A stretch of 64,000 nt of DNA from Candidatus Dormiibacterota bacterium (GCA_035631615.1 DASQIK010000023.1:2898-66897); one strand, 5' to 3'; counted from the stretch's first letter, positions 18,545-28,400 are shown. Notes: generated from the letters alone by a model not told the origin. Numbers and translations are program-made.

Positions 18545-19954
18545 TCAGCTTCGGTACAGGGTCCCGCTCCACGTCGAAGATCTGTAAACCTGCTTGAACG
18601 CGGACAACGAGCTCGAGGACGAGTTGATCCGGAAGTCACTGACGCCATCGGCCTGGTTGAACCAGACCACACACTTGATCGCCGAGTACTTGGGGATATC
18701 GGTGAGGTACGTCTGCGTGATCCAGGCGGCCTTGCTGCCGCCATTCTCGGTGCTGGCCATCTCCCCGATCATCATCGGCTTGCTGGCGGCGATCGCCATG
18801 ATCTGCGTATAGGTCGACCCGAAGATGGTCGGAAAGGACTGCCACGCCGGTTGGCCGAGGTGCGGGTCGGTGCCCCAGTTGTAGCCGTCGAGGCACGTCC
18901 AATCGACGTACGATGAACCGGGGTACAGGTCGGCGAACGGGTACTCGTTGCCGTAGCGAACGTTCGGACACCATACCCACTTGACCTTGGTGGCGCCTTC
19001 CTGCGCGAAGATGTCGTGCAGGTGGCGCCAGGCGGCAATGAAGTCAGCCGCCGTGTTGCCGTTCACGCCGCGCCCCCACGGGTACCAATCGCCGTTCATC
19101 TCGTGCATCGGCCGCAGGTAGATGGTCTTGCCCCAGGTGGCGGCACCCCTGGCCCAGGCGCGCACGAACGAGTCCTGTGCTCCGGCGGCGATGCTCTTCA
19201 GGGTGCAGCTGCCGGTGCAGCTGTTGGGTTCCCACGTGATGACATGGGCAGCGCCCATGCTCGCGATCGCCTGCTCGTCGGACTGGTAGAACGGCCGGTT
19301 CCAGCTGACATAGGTGAGGTACACAGCGGGAGGGCCGCCGATCAGGTTCGCAACGTTGTGCAGCGCCGTCGAATCCCATGGTTGCCCGCTCCACACGCCG
19401 AGCGCGAGGTGGACGCCGGATGGCGGCGGTGTCGGTGTCGGCGTCGGCTTCGGTGTCGGCGTCGGTGTCGGCGCGGGCGTGACAGTCGGCCGCGGCGTCG
19501 GACTGGGAGTCGGCGTCGGAGCCGTCGTGGGGCCTGCCGTCGGGTTCGGGTTCTGAGTCGGATTGGGCGTCAGGTTCAGGTTCGGGCCGGCCGTCGGGTT
19601 GGAGATCAGGTTCGGGGCCGGCGACGGCGTCGGGCCGGTCAGCTCGAGCTGGGCCGGACCCAGGCTCGGCATGCTCACCGCCGTGAAGCTGCTCGGGTTG
19701 GGGAATGCGGTCGATGAAGAGACTGGGAGGCTCGACTCGAACGTGGGCGCGCTCCCGACATCCGCGACGATCCTGGAGACAGGTCCGCCGCCGATGAGGT
19801 TGTCCGACCCCGCGGACAGGTGGCGTGGCGCTGCCTGCGAAGACGCCATGACGAGGCCGACGACGAGGGTCAGCGTGGCGGCGATCGGGGCGGCCGTGCG
19901 CAGCAAGACAGTGCGGCGGCCAATGTGCGGGGCTGGTTGGTCGCGAGCGAGCAT
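18545..19954 (-). CDS. secreted glycoside hydrolase family 26-like enzyme (mannanase-like) with a Pro/Thr linker
   Basis: Internal Met start, TM/signal segment, PTPTP linker. GH26-like core: YLRPMHEMNGDWYPWG, WVWCPN, IGEMAS. Confidence 0.75.
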   Translation of the reverse strand: MLARDQPAPHIGRRTVLLRTAAPIAATLTLVVGLVMASSQAAPRHLSAGSDNLIGGGPVSRIVADVGSAPTFESSLPVSSSTAFPNPSSFTAVSMPSLGPAQLELTGPTPSPAPNLISNPTAGPNLNLTPNPTQNPNPTAGPTTAPTPTPSPTPRPTVTPAPTPTPTPKPTPTPTPPPSGVHLALGVWSGQPWDSTALHNVANLIGGPPAVYLTYVSWNRPFYQSDEQAIASMGAAHVITWEPNSCTGSCTLKSIAAGAQDSFVRAWARGAATWGKTIYLRPMHEMNGDWYPWGRGVNGNTAADFIAAWRHLHDIFAQEGATKVKWVWCPNVRYGNEYPFADLYPGSSYVDWTCLDGYNWGTDPHLGQPAWQSFPTIFGSTYTQIMAIAASKPMMIGEMASTENGGSKAAWITQTYLTDIPKYSAIKCVVWFNQADGVSDFRINSSSSSLSAFKQVYRSSTWSGTLYRS

Positions 19955-20121
19955 GGGTCTCCCACCAATTCGGCTTCCGCAACGCTGCGGACGCGGGGGA
20001 CGGGGGGTCGGTTGTCGCCCTGCTGGTGGTGCAGGGATACGCAACATGGTCGCGTATCAGTCGCGCGGTGAACCATAACCCAGAATCCGGATCGACCCAC
20101 CCGATGGTATGGCTCGACAGG

Positions 20122-20156
20122 AATCGAAAGACCCGAGGCGGCTGACGCCCCGGGTC
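20122..20156 (-). terminator. intrinsic terminator candidate downstream of the zinc-ribbon gene
   Basis: Minus-strand stem GACCCGGGG...CCUCGGGUC followed by UUUCGAUU. It is preceded by a second 7-bp hairpin, gcggatc/gatccgc, at about 20180-20200. Confidence 0.5.
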
Positions 20157-20237
20157 TCCTGGTACTGGCTCTGGTTCCGCGGATCTTTGCGCGATCCGCG
20201 TGCCGAGAGGAGTGCTGAGTGGTGTAGGAGGTTCTGA

Positions 20238-20624
20238 CTAGCCCCGCATCGTGCGGAAGCAGTCGGAGCAGTAGACGGGCTTGCCGCTCGTCGGGCGGAA
20301 CGGGACCTTGGCCTCGTTGCCGCAGTTCGAACAGGTGGCGCTGAACATCTCCCGCGGGCCGCGGTCGTAGCCGCCGCCACCGCCGGAGCTGTAGCCACCG
20401 CCGGAGCTGTAGCCACCACCACCGCCGCCGTAGCTGCCGGCATCGCCGTAGCCCGACGAGTAGCCGGCGCCGCTGGACTGGCGGGCGGCCTTGCGGGCAG
20501 CTCGGTCAGTCGGGCAACGACGAGGCTCGGTGAAGCCACGCTGGGCGTAGAAATCCTGCTCGCTTGCGGTGAACACGAACTGCTGTCCGCAATCCGCACA
20601 CGTCAGGGTCTTGTCGCTGTACAA
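20238..20624 (-). CDS. zinc-ribbon protein with two CxxC knuckle modules flanking a Gly/Ser/Tyr-rich low-complexity region (CxxC-x17-CxxC type)
   Basis: N-terminal module CADCGQQFVFTASEQDFYAQRGF..RRC. Core SSGYGDAGSYGGGGGGYSSGGGYSSGGGGGY. C-terminal module CSNCGNEAKVPFRPTSGKPVYCSDC. The probable TTG start at 20624 lies 5 nt after AGGAG; the track start at 20726 is a GTG. Confidence 0.7.
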   Translation of the reverse strand: MYSDKTLTCADCGQQFVFTASEQDFYAQRGFTEPRRCPTDRAARKAARQSSGAGYSSGYGDAGSYGGGGGGYSSGGGYSSGGGGGYDRGPREMFSATCSNCGNEAKVPFRPTSGKPVYCSDCFRTMRG

Positions 20625-20628
20625 AAGA

Positions 20629-20690
20629 ACTCCTCTCGTCTGACCAGCCGCGATCCCCGCTCGGGTTCTCGCGTCAGCCGTGAGAGGAGT
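20629..20690 (-). promoter_or_regulatory. 5' leader hairpin that sequesters the Shine-Dalgarno sequence of the zinc-ribbon gene
   Basis: On the mRNA, ACUCCUCUC (complement of 20682-20690) pairs perfectly with GAGAGGAGU (complement of 20629-20637), which contains the SD. The stem is extended by an inner CUGAC/GUCAG helix. Confidence 0.4.
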
Positions 20691-20802
20691 CCGGTTTCGA
20701 GGTGGTCTACGCGTATTCGCCGTCACGACCGTGCCGTGACATTGGGCGATGCGCAGGATAGGCCATTCTCAGGAACCTGCCTAGCCCCGAATTGACGAGC
20801 CT

Positions 20803-22323
20803 TCATCCGGGCTCGATCCAGTGCCGCGAACGCTCGACCGCGCGGTGCCAGCCGTGCAGCATCGATCGGCGCCGATCGTCCGATGTCGAGGGCTCGAAGC
20901 GGCGATCGATGGCCCGGTTCGCGGCGACGTCCGCAAGGGAATGCCAGTAGCCGACCGCGAGGCCGGCCAGGTACGCAGCGCCGAGGGCGGTCGTCTCGGC
21001 GACCACCGGCCGCTCGACCGGGATGCCGAGGAGATCGGCCTGGAGCTGGAGCAGCAGGTCGTTTGCCGCGGCGCCGCCATCGACCCGGAGGACGTCGATG
21101 CGCCCGGCGGCATCGGCCGCCATGGCATCGAGCACGTCGGCGACCTGGAACGCGATCGACTCCAGGGTCGCCCGGGCGATCTCGGCGCGGCCCGTGCCGC
21201 GCGTGAGGCCCACGATCGTGCCGCGTGCATCGGGATCCCAGTACGGCGCCCCGAGGCCGGTGAAGGCCGGGACGAGGTAGACGCCGCCGGTGTCGGCGAC
21301 GGATGCCGTCAGCGCCTCCACGTCGCCGGAGCGCTCGATCGCGTGGAGTCCGTCGCGCAGCCACTGGACGGCGGATCCGGCCGAGAAGACCGAGCCCTCG
21401 AGCGCGTACGTCGCGGCGCCGTCCGGCTCCAGCTGCCAGCCGACCGTCGAGAGGAGGCCGTGCTCGGAGGTGCGCGGCTCGGCACCGGTGTTCAGCAGCA
21501 GGAACGCGCCGGTCCCGTAGGTGTTCTTCGCCTGCCCGGGGACGAAGCACGCCTGGCCGAAGGTGGCCGCCTGCTGGTCGCCGGCGAGGGCCGTGATCGG
21601 GATCGACCGACCGAAGAGCTCGGGCGCCGTGTGGCCGAACGCCCCGCATGTTGGCCGCGCCTCGGGCAGCACCGCGGCGGGCACGCCGATGAGCTCGAGC
21701 AGCTCCTGGTCCCACTCGAGCCGGTGGATGTCGAAGAGGAGCGTGCGGCTGGCGTTCGAGACATCGGTCGCGTGAACGGGGTCGGCGCCCGCCGTCCCTC
21801 CGGTCAGGCGCCACAGCAGGAATGCGTCGACGGTGCCGAAGGCCAGCTCCCCGCGCTCGGCACGGGAGCGAGCGCCGGGCACGGCGTCGAGGACGTGGGC
21901 GATCTTGGGCCCGCTGAAGTACGCGTCCAGGGGCAGTCCCGTCCGGGCACGGAAGAGCGGCTCGTGGCCGGCCGCTCGCAGGCGCTCGCACGCCGGCGCC
22001 GTGATCCGCGACTGCCACACGATCGCGTCGGCGATCGGCTCGCCGGTCGCGCGGTCCCAGACGATCGTCGTCTCGCGCTGATTGGTGATCCCGATCGCGG
22101 CGATGCGGTCGGCGCCGCCGACCTGGCCGACCACGTCCCGCGCGACGGTGAGCTGGCTCGACCAGATTGCCTCCGGGTCATGGGTGACGTGGCCAGGCGA
22201 GGGAAACTGCTGCTCGAATGGTTGCTGCGCGGCGGCAACCGGGCGCCCGTCCCGACCGAACGCGATCGCCCTCGACGATGTCGTGCCCTGATCGAGGGCG
22301 AGGATCAGCGGCTCTTCGCCCAC
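20803..22323 (-). CDS. glpK: glycerol kinase
   Basis: GTG start ([18 protein letters not shown]) overlapping the glpD 3' end. FGGY-family motifs throughout ([26 protein letters not shown]). Confidence 0.95.
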   Translation of the reverse strand: MGEEPLILALDQGTTSSRAIAFGRDGRPVAAAQQPFEQQFPSPGHVTHDPEAIWSSQLTVARDVVGQVGGADRIAAIGITNQRETTIVWDRATGEPIADAIVWQSRITAPACERLRAAGHEPLFRARTGLPLDAYFSGPKIAHVLDAVPGARSRAERGELAFGTVDAFLLWRLTGGTAGADPVHATDVSNASRTLLFDIHRLEWDQELLELIGVPAAVLPEARPTCGAFGHTAPELFGRSIPITALAGDQQAATFGQACFVPGQAKNTYGTGAFLLLNTGAEPRTSEHGLLSTVGWQLEPDGAATYALEGSVFSAGSAVQWLRDGLHAIERSGDVEALTASVADTGGVYLVPAFTGLGAPYWDPDARGTIVGLTRGTGRAEIARATLESIAFQVADVLDAMAADAAGRIDVLRVDGGAAANDLLLQLQADLLGIPVERPVVAETTALGAAYLAGLAVGYWHSLADVAANRAIDRRFEPSTSDDRRRSMLHGWHRAVERSRHWIEPG

Positions 22324-23978
22324 GGCAGGCCGTACTCGCGTCGGGCCGTTTCCAGGTACCGCTCGACCTCGGCCGACTGTCGCGCGGCATCCCAACCGAG
22401 CTCGTCGCCGAGGACGGCGGCGACGCGCGGCGCGATCGAGGCACCGCGGTCCGGCAGCTCCTGGGCGAGCCGCATGCGCCGGGCGAGCACGTCGTCGATC
22501 GACAGCGCGAGCTCCTTGCGAGCGGCCCACGCGACCTCTGCCTGGAGGTGGTCGACGCCCTCGCCGAGCGGCGCGGCCAGGTCCAGCTCGTTGCCGAGCG
22601 CGACGACCTCCGGCGCCTCGCGGCCATACCGATCGGCGAGGCGGTGCGCGATCCGGCCCGGCCACGATGCGTTCGCCTGACCATGCGCCGCCGCCGCGTC
22701 GCGGAGCGGGCGCTCGAGGCTGGAGCCGACCTGTGCCAGCTCGTCGCGGGGGGCCGCGCCGACGAGCGGCAGCTCGGCGGTTGCCGACCTGCGCCGCCGC
22801 GCTTCGGTCCTGCCCAGCGAGGCATCGACGACGTCGCGGGCCATCACCCGGTAGGTCGTGTACTTGCCGCCGGAGATCCGGACGAGGCCGCTCGCATCAG
22901 CGGCAACCCGATGCTCGCGCGACGCCTTGACCGTCGAGCCGCCAGGGTCGCCCACGAGCGGCCGCATCCCCGCGTACGTCCCGACGATGTCGCCCTTCGT
23001 CAGGTCGATGTCGAGCTGGGCGTTGACGGTCGACAGCAGCTCGTCGACGTCATCCTCGGGTGCCGAGACGGCCTCCGGCGTGCGGCCGTCGGAGTGGTCT
23101 GTCGTGCCGATGATCCAGTGGCCCGGCCACGGGATGATGAACACGACACGGCCGGGAATCCGCAGCGTCAGCCCGCCCTGGGCCGGAAGTCGGTCGCGCC
23201 GGATCACGACGTGCGAGCCACGGCTCGGGACGAACGTGTCGCCGCCCTCGAGCGTGGCGAATCTCGCTTCCGGGTTCGCTGCCCAGACGCCGGTGGCGTC
23301 GATGACGCGCTCGGCGCGAATCTCGAACTCGTTCCCGCTGACGAGATCGCGGACACTGGCACCGATCAGCCGCTCGCCGTCGAGGAGCGGCTGCTGTGCG
23401 TGCACGCGCGTGGCCGCCACCGCGCCGCCGCGGAGCGCCGTCCGGAGCACCGCCAGGGCCAGGCGCGCATCGTCCTCGACTCCGTCGTGGTAGATGATCC
23501 CGCCGGCGAGGCCCTTCGGGCGCAGGTCGGGCGCGTAGTCGATCGCGCTCGACGGCCGGAGGTGCTTCGCGAAGCCGCCATCCCGCCGCGCGCCGAGCAG
23601 GTCGTACAGGAAGATGCCGCTCCCGTAGAACGCCTGGTGGAGCAGCGGGATCCCGTAGATCGGGAAGAGGAACGGCTCGAGGCGGACGAGGTGCGGCGCC
23701 AGCCGGAGCAGCCGCGCGCGCTCCTCGAGCGCCTCGTACACGAGCCCGAAATGGAGCTGCTCGAGGTAGCGCAGCCCGCCGTGGATGAGCCGCGAGCTCC
23801 GGCCCGACGTGCCGCTCGCGATGTCCCGCTGCTCGACCAGGGCCGCCCGCAGCCCGCGGCTGGTCGCGTCGAGGAGTGCCCCCACGCCCACGATCCCACC
23901 GCCGACGATCAGGACGTCGAACCGCTCCCCGGCGAGCGCCTCGAGCGCGTCCTTGCGCCACGGTGGGTCGGTCGTCAC
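22305..23978 (-). CDS. glpD: FAD-dependent glycerol-3-phosphate dehydrogenase
   Basis: 557 aa. FAD fold [13 protein letters not shown], then [20 protein letters not shown]. Confidence 0.95.
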   Translation of the reverse strand: MTTDPPWRKDALEALAGERFDVLIVGGGIVGVGALLDATSRGLRAALVEQRDIASGTSGRSSRLIHGGLRYLEQLHFGLVYEALEERARLLRLAPHLVRLEPFLFPIYGIPLLHQAFYGSGIFLYDLLGARRDGGFAKHLRPSSAIDYAPDLRPKGLAGGIIYHDGVEDDARLALAVLRTALRGGAVAATRVHAQQPLLDGERLIGASVRDLVSGNEFEIRAERVIDATGVWAANPEARFATLEGGDTFVPSRGSHVVIRRDRLPAQGGLTLRIPGRVVFIIPWPGHWIIGTTDHSDGRTPEAVSAPEDDVDELLSTVNAQLDIDLTKGDIVGTYAGMRPLVGDPGGSTVKASREHRVAADASGLVRISGGKYTTYRVMARDVVDASLGRTEARRRRSATAELPLVGAAPRDELAQVGSSLERPLRDAAAAHGQANASWPGRIAHRLADRYGREAPEVVALGNELDLAAPLGEGVDHLQAEVAWAARKELALSIDDVLARRMRLAQELPDRGASIAPRVAAVLGDELGWDAARQSAEVERYLETARREYGLPWAKSR

Positions 23979-23979
23979 C

Positions 23980-24207
23980 TCAGGGCTCGGGCGGCCGGCG
24001 CGCGGCGATCCGCCAGAGCACGAGCCCGGTCGCGACGAGCAGTCCGATCACGATGATCGGCGTCTCGCGGAAGATGTCGCCGATTGCGGGCACGAAGGTC
24101 GCGAGCAGCTGGACGCCGAGCACCGCGCCAACGGCGACGGCAGCGACGATCAGCACCTCGCGCCAGCCGACATTCCGTCCGCCTCGTGCCGCCTCCGGGT
24201 CAGCCAC
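23980..24207 (-). CDS. small two-helix membrane protein (hypothetical)
   Basis: 75 aa with two hydrophobic helices. It overlaps the upstream stop by 8 nt and ends 1 nt before the glpD start, which suggests translation within the operon. Confidence 0.4.
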   Translation of the reverse strand: MADPEAARGGRNVGWREVLIVAAVAVGAVLGVQLLATFVPAIGDIFRETPIIVIGLLVATGLVLWRIAARRPPEP

Positions 24208-25030
24208 GATCGGCCTCCTTCGGGATCCCGATCGGGGCGACGAGGACCTTGCCGGCGAGCGCGGCGCCGCGCTTCGTGCGCAGTCCGGTCTTCGGGCGGT
24301 GGAACGTCACCGTGAGGTCGGCGCGGACGACCGGCTGCGAGGCGTCGCCGGAGGTCAGGTCGACGCCGGTAGGCGTGTCCACGGCGACGATCGGCACCTT
24401 CGCGGCGCGAGCCTTGAGCACCACCTCGACGGCTGATCGGATCGGGTCACGCAGTTCGCCGGTCCCGCCGGTGCCGAGCAGGGCATCGACCACAATCGAT
24501 GCCCTGTCGACGTCGCGCGCGAGCACCCGCAGATCGGCAGTGGAAGCGGCATGGATGCGCGTGACCCGTGGCTCTCGATCCAGGCGGTCCCAGTTGCGCC
24601 CCGCGTCCGGGGTGGACGGACGCGCCGCGCTCGACACCAGCACCGCCGCGACCTCGGCGCCCGCTCGCGCGAGGTACCGCGCGGCCACGAAGCCGTCGCC
24701 ACCGTTGTTGCCGGGCCCGCACAGCACCAGAATCGCGCCCTTCTTCCAGCGCTCCGTCGCCTCGCCGATCGCCATGGTGGCGGCTGCGACCGCCGCGCCC
24801 GCGTGCTCCATCAGCCGCTGGCCGGGGATGCCGAGGGCCTGGGCGCGCTTGTCCGCGCCGGTCATTGCCTCCGACCCGATCGGCGATCGCGCGGCCGTGC
24901 CCGCCCAGCGTCGGCGCAAGGCCCGGAGATCGAGGCCCATCAGCGCGGCGTCGTCGGCGGGGAGGGCATCGCCGGCGTGCTCCGGCGAGCGAGTCGAACC
25001 GGGGGTCGCGAGGGCGGGTGTCGGGGTCAC
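24200..25030 (-). CDS. NAD(P)H-hydrate epimerase (YjeF N-terminal domain protein)
   Basis: Motifs LMEHAGAAVA, LCGPGNNGGDGFVAARYL, DALLGTG. The true start may be an internal Met, for example MGLDLRAL. Confidence 0.8.
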   Translation of the reverse strand: MTPTPALATPGSTRSPEHAGDALPADDAALMGLDLRALRRRWAGTAARSPIGSEAMTGADKRAQALGIPGQRLMEHAGAAVAAATMAIGEATERWKKGAILVLCGPGNNGGDGFVAARYLARAGAEVAAVLVSSAARPSTPDAGRNWDRLDREPRVTRIHAASTADLRVLARDVDRASIVVDALLGTGGTGELRDPIRSAVEVVLKARAAKVPIVAVDTPTGVDLTSGDASQPVVRADLTVTFHRPKTGLRTKRGAALAGKVLVAPIGIPKEADRG

Positions 25031-25088
25031 GCCCGAAGCGTAGCCGAGGGGCCGAGGGGCTGAGGGCGCGGAAACCTAGAATCGGTCG

Positions 25089-25586
25089 GTGGACCGATCG
25101 GGCACGCTCCTGTACGACGCCGACTGCGGCCTGTGCATCGCCACCGCGAGGTGGCTCGGGAGGGCCGTACCCGCGCGGCGCCTCGGGCTCTTCGCGCTGC
25201 AGGATGTCGAGACCGAGCCGTCCATCGCCGCTCGGGTAGCAGGCATGCCGCTCACCGACCGCCTGCACTTCGTGCGCGCGGACGGGACCGTGCTCACCGG
25301 GGCCGCGGCGGCCCTGGCCGCCGGGCGGCTCGTCCCCGTCCTCGGGTTCTACGCGGCGTTGCTCGACCAGCCGATCGGGCACCTGGTGCTCGAGCCGCTC
25401 TACGACGAGATCGCAGCGCACCGACGGCAGATCGGGCGGCTGCTCGGGCTACCCGAGGTCTGCCCGCTCCCGACGCGCCCTCGCGATGCGGACTGGGGGC
25501 GACCCGACCCGACATCATGGCGCCAAGCGGGCCCGACCGTCGACGAGCTCGATCAGCCCCTCCGCCGCGAGCCGGCCCACCGATGA
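25089..25586 (+). CDS. thiol-disulfide oxidoreductase DCC family protein (DUF393)
   Basis: N-terminal LLYDADCGLCIATARWL (DxxCxxC) signature. Its 3' tail overlaps the convergent glycosylase gene by 72 nt. Confidence 0.75.
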   Translation: MDRSGTLLYDADCGLCIATARWLGRAVPARRLGLFALQDVETEPSIAARVAGMPLTDRLHFVRADGTVLTGAAAALAAGRLVPVLGFYAALLDQPIGHLVLEPLYDEIAAHRRQIGRLLGLPEVCPLPTRPRDADWGRPDPTSWRQAGPTVDELDQPLRREPAHR

Positions 25587-26405
25587 CTCGACGGCGCGAC
25601 GGTCGTGGACACCCATCGCGTCGATGAACTCGACCCATTCGCCGGCGTCCGCATCGCGAAGGCGATCGAGGATCCTGCCGCGCAGCCAGCGAGTCGTTGC
25701 CGGGAACGGCGGCGTGGCGGCACGCTTCGGAGCAGGCGCGACGTCCGGCATGTCCCGGCCGGCTGCGAAGCGGCACGCATCGGCAAGCGGGCACTCCCCG
25801 CAGCGCGGACTGATCGGGCGGCAGAAGGCGGCGCCGATGTCCATCAGCGCGTGCGTCCATGCAGCAGCGGCGTCCGCAGGGACGAGCTCGTCGGCCGCGG
25901 CCTGGATGTCGCGGGCGGGCAGCTCCCGCGCGAGGAACGCGCGGCTGACGACTCGCCGGATGTTGACGTCGAGCGCGGCGACGGGCCGGTTGAATGCCAA
26001 TGCGAGGACGGCTCGCGCCGTATACGGCCCGATCCCGGGCAGGCGCTCGAGCGCGTCGAGGTCGTCGGGAACTCGGCCTCCATGCTCGTCGACGATCGCG
26101 ATCGCGGCGGCACGCAGCGCGATCGCCCGGCGGTTGTAGCCGAGGCCGCGCCACGCACGGATCACGGTGGCGGGCGAAGCTCCAGCGAGCGAGCCCGGCG
26201 TCGGGAACTGCGCCATGAACCCGGTCCACGCCTCGGCGGCGCGCGCGGCCTGTGTCTGCTGTGCCATGACCTCGGAGACCAGGATCGCCCACGGGTCCGT
26301 CGTCCGACGAAACGCGAGATCGCGCCCGTTCGCCCCGTACCAATCGAGTGCGCTGGCCTGCATCGCCTCGACGAGCGCGGTCGGGAATCTTCGGGAGCGC
26401 ATCAA
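25515..26405 (-). CDS. mutY: A/G-specific adenine DNA glycosylase (MutY-like HhH-GPD, 4Fe-4S)
   Basis: HhH LPGIGPYTARAV, catalytic-region VDVNIRRV, Fe-S cluster loop CRPISPRCGECPLADAC. Short actinobacterial-type C-terminus. Confidence 0.8.
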   Translation of the reverse strand: MMRSRRFPTALVEAMQASALDWYGANGRDLAFRRTTDPWAILVSEVMAQQTQAARAAEAWTGFMAQFPTPGSLAGASPATVIRAWRGLGYNRRAIALRAAAIAIVDEHGGRVPDDLDALERLPGIGPYTARAVLALAFNRPVAALDVNIRRVVSRAFLARELPARDIQAAADELVPADAAAAWTHALMDIGAAFCRPISPRCGECPLADACRFAAGRDMPDVAPAPKRAATPPFPATTRWLRGRILDRLRDADAGEWVEFIDAMGVHDRRAVESSVGRLAAEGLIELVDGRARLAP

Positions 26406-26512
26406 GCCCGGAGCGTACTGCTCGCGCGACGCACAGACCTGTCATCGGTACCCGCGGGCACCAGCATCGGTCGCGTGCGCGCGGCGCGTGCAATCTCAAG
26501 AATGCGGGCACC

Positions 26513-27241
26513 ATGCTGGCAAACGCCGTCGTTCCGACCAGCCCACGCGACGCGGAGGACCCGCCCTTGCCACGCTCGCTGCCGCGGCCCGCAGGCCTCA
26601 TCTTCGACCTCGACGGAACGCTGGTCGACACGGTGTCCGCGCGGATCGCAGGCTGGGCCGAGGCGCTGGGCGAGGCCGGCGTTCCGTCGACCGCCGAGCA
26701 GATCGCGCCGATGATCGGGATGGATGGCAGGCGGCTCGCAAAGGTCGTGGCACAAGCCGCCGGCCGAACGCTCGGAGACCACGAGATCGAGGCCGTCGAC
26801 AAGGCGGCCGGCGAGGCGTTCGACCAGCTCAATCGAGACCCGCGGCCGCTGGAGGGGGTCGGCGAGCTGCTTTCGGTGCTCGATGCGGCCGGGATCCCGT
26901 GGGTGATCGCGACGTCCAGTCGGAAGGAGCAGGTCACGCGCTCGGTGGCCGCGCTGGGGCTGGCAAGGCCGCCGAAGATCGTCGACGGCGGCCACGTCAA
27001 GCACGCGAAGCCCGCGCCGGACCTGCTGCTGCTGGCGGCGAAGGAGCTCGCTCTTGGGCCCGCCGCGTGCTGGGCCGTGGGGGATTCGACCTGGGACATG
27101 CGCGCCGCCGTCGCGGGCGGCATCACCGGTGTCGGGGTCACCGCGGGATCCGCAGTCAGTGCTCAGGTGCTCGTCGAAGCCGGCGCCGCTCTCGTGGTGG
27201 CGACGTGCCGCGACCTCATCGCGGAGCTGCGACTGGCCTGA
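26513..27241 (+). CDS. HAD-superfamily hydrolase (phosphatase / beta-phosphoglucomutase-like)
   Basis: Internal Met start. Motif I FDLDGTLVD, motif II ATSS, motifs III/IV K...GDSTWD. Confidence 0.8.
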   Translation: MLANAVVPTSPRDAEDPPLPRSLPRPAGLIFDLDGTLVDTVSARIAGWAEALGEAGVPSTAEQIAPMIGMDGRRLAKVVAQAAGRTLGDHEIEAVDKAAGEAFDQLNRDPRPLEGVGELLSVLDAAGIPWVIATSSRKEQVTRSVAALGLARPPKIVDGGHVKHAKPAPDLLLLAAKELALGPAACWAVGDSTWDMRAAVAGGITGVGVTAGSAVSAQVLVEAGAALVVATCRDLIAELRLA

Positions 27242-27311
27242 GCTCGGCACGATGGTGCGCCCCGGCTTGCGGGTGCGTCTTCACCGGCTGAAATCGCCAA
27301 CGGAGGTCGCC

Positions 27312-27480
27312 GGGTGACCTTTTCTGGCTGTCTCCGCGCATTTCCGGCAGCCGATCCTCGATCGGCAGGAGTCCCGTGCATGAGTCGGGCGCTGTCGAGC
27401 GTGCAAAGCGCCCGTTTCCGGCGGGTTCCGGCCGGTCGATTCGTCCAAGTGCTGGGCAATGCCCGGAAAAGGTCACCCGA
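27312..27480. repeat. 17-bp long-range inverted repeat enclosing about 135 nt of hairpin-rich non-coding sequence
   Basis: cgggtgaccttttctgg (27312-27328) is complementary to ccggaaaaggtcacccg (27464-27480): 16 Watson-Crick pairs plus one position that would be a G-U pair in RNA. Internal hairpins: gccgatc-ctc-gatcggc and cgggcgct...agcgcccg. Confidence 0.45.
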
Positions 27481-27632
27481 TGACCATCGCGAGGCAGTTC
27501 CGGGCAGCGGGCCGGCGCCCGAGACCGGGTCGGCTGCGAATGTTGTCCATGCGATCCTTTCCGGCGGTTCTCAGCCACGAGAACACTTGGGCCCGTTTTC
27601 GGGCGGGTCAGCGGCTGCGGGCCGCTATTCCG

Positions 27633-28400
27633 TCACCGGCCGAGGATCAAGGCCATGAGCAGGATCACCGCCGCCGAGCCGGCCACGACGGCGTCGAGCT
27701 GGGTCCACGCGACCGGGCGATAGGTGGTCCGTGGGCCGCTGCCGAAACCGCGCGCGTCCATCGCGATCGCGAGCTGGTCGGCGTGCCGAATCGCGCGCAC
27801 GAGGAGTCCCACGAGCAGGCGCGGGTCCCACTCGCGGAGGCCGCGCAGGCGGCGCGCGCCGCGCAGGGTCGCGAGGTCCTCGACGATCTTCGGGACGGCC
27901 TGGTACGCCGCGAGCGCGCCGTAGGCAAACCGCGGCGAGACGCGCCCGAGCTGGACCATCGAGTCGATCAGCCGGGTCACGTCGGTGGTCAGCGTGAACA
28001 CCGCGCCGATGCTCACGATCGCCGCGATCCGGGCGCCGAGCCCCGCCGCTGCCGCGACGGCCTCGGCGGTGACGCGCAGCGGCCCGATCCGGAACAGCTC
28101 CGTTGCAAGCGGGTCGGTGTTGTGACCCGAGAACAGCAGGTTCGTCACGGCGATCGCGACTGCGGCGACCGCGAATGGTGCGATCCGGCGGCCCAGCACG
28201 CCCTGGGGGATCGCCCCCAGCCAAACGCCCGAAGCGAGCGCCACGGCGAGCAGCGCCAGTGGCGGCCGGACGTCGACGGTCAGCCCCAGCCCGAGCAGCC
28301 AGACGATGGCGATCCCGAGCTTGACCAGCGGATTCGTCCGCCCGATGACGCTCTCCTGCTGCTCGGCTCCGACGTCCGGCACGAACAGCCACGCGCTCAC
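27633..28400 (-). CDS. ykoC: ECF transporter transmembrane (T) component, YkoC/CbiQ-like
   Basis: GTG start overlaps the ATPase stop (GTGA). 255-aa polytopic protein with the C-terminal AMDARGF motif typical of EcfT. Confidence 0.85.
   Translation of the reverse strand: MSAWLFVPDVGAEQQESVIGRTNPLVKLGIAIVWLLGLGLTVDVRPPLALLAVALASGVWLGAIPQGVLGRRIAPFAVAAVAIAVTNLLFSGHNTDPLATELFRIGPLRVTAEAVAAAAGLGARIAAIVSIGAVFTLTTDVTRLIDSMVQLGRVSPRFAYGALAAYQAVPKIVEDLATLRGARRLRGLREWDPRLLVGLLVRAIRHADQLAIAMDARGFGSGPRTTYRPVAWTQLDAVVAGSAAVILLMALILGR

Noticed and set aside
19430-19570. Short periodic ggcgtcgg / ggtgtcgg repeats (also at 37070..37135) that could resemble a repeat array
   Set aside because: They are in-frame Pro/Thr/Lys-coding linker repeats inside the GH26 and anchored-protein genes. 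There is no spacer-repeat architecture, so this is not CRISPR.
27216-27658. ORFs 27216..27578 (minus) and 27314..27658 (plus) in the large convergent gap
   Set aside because: Arg/Pro/Gly/Ser-rich with no hydrophobic core or motif. The region is treated as non-coding (see finding).
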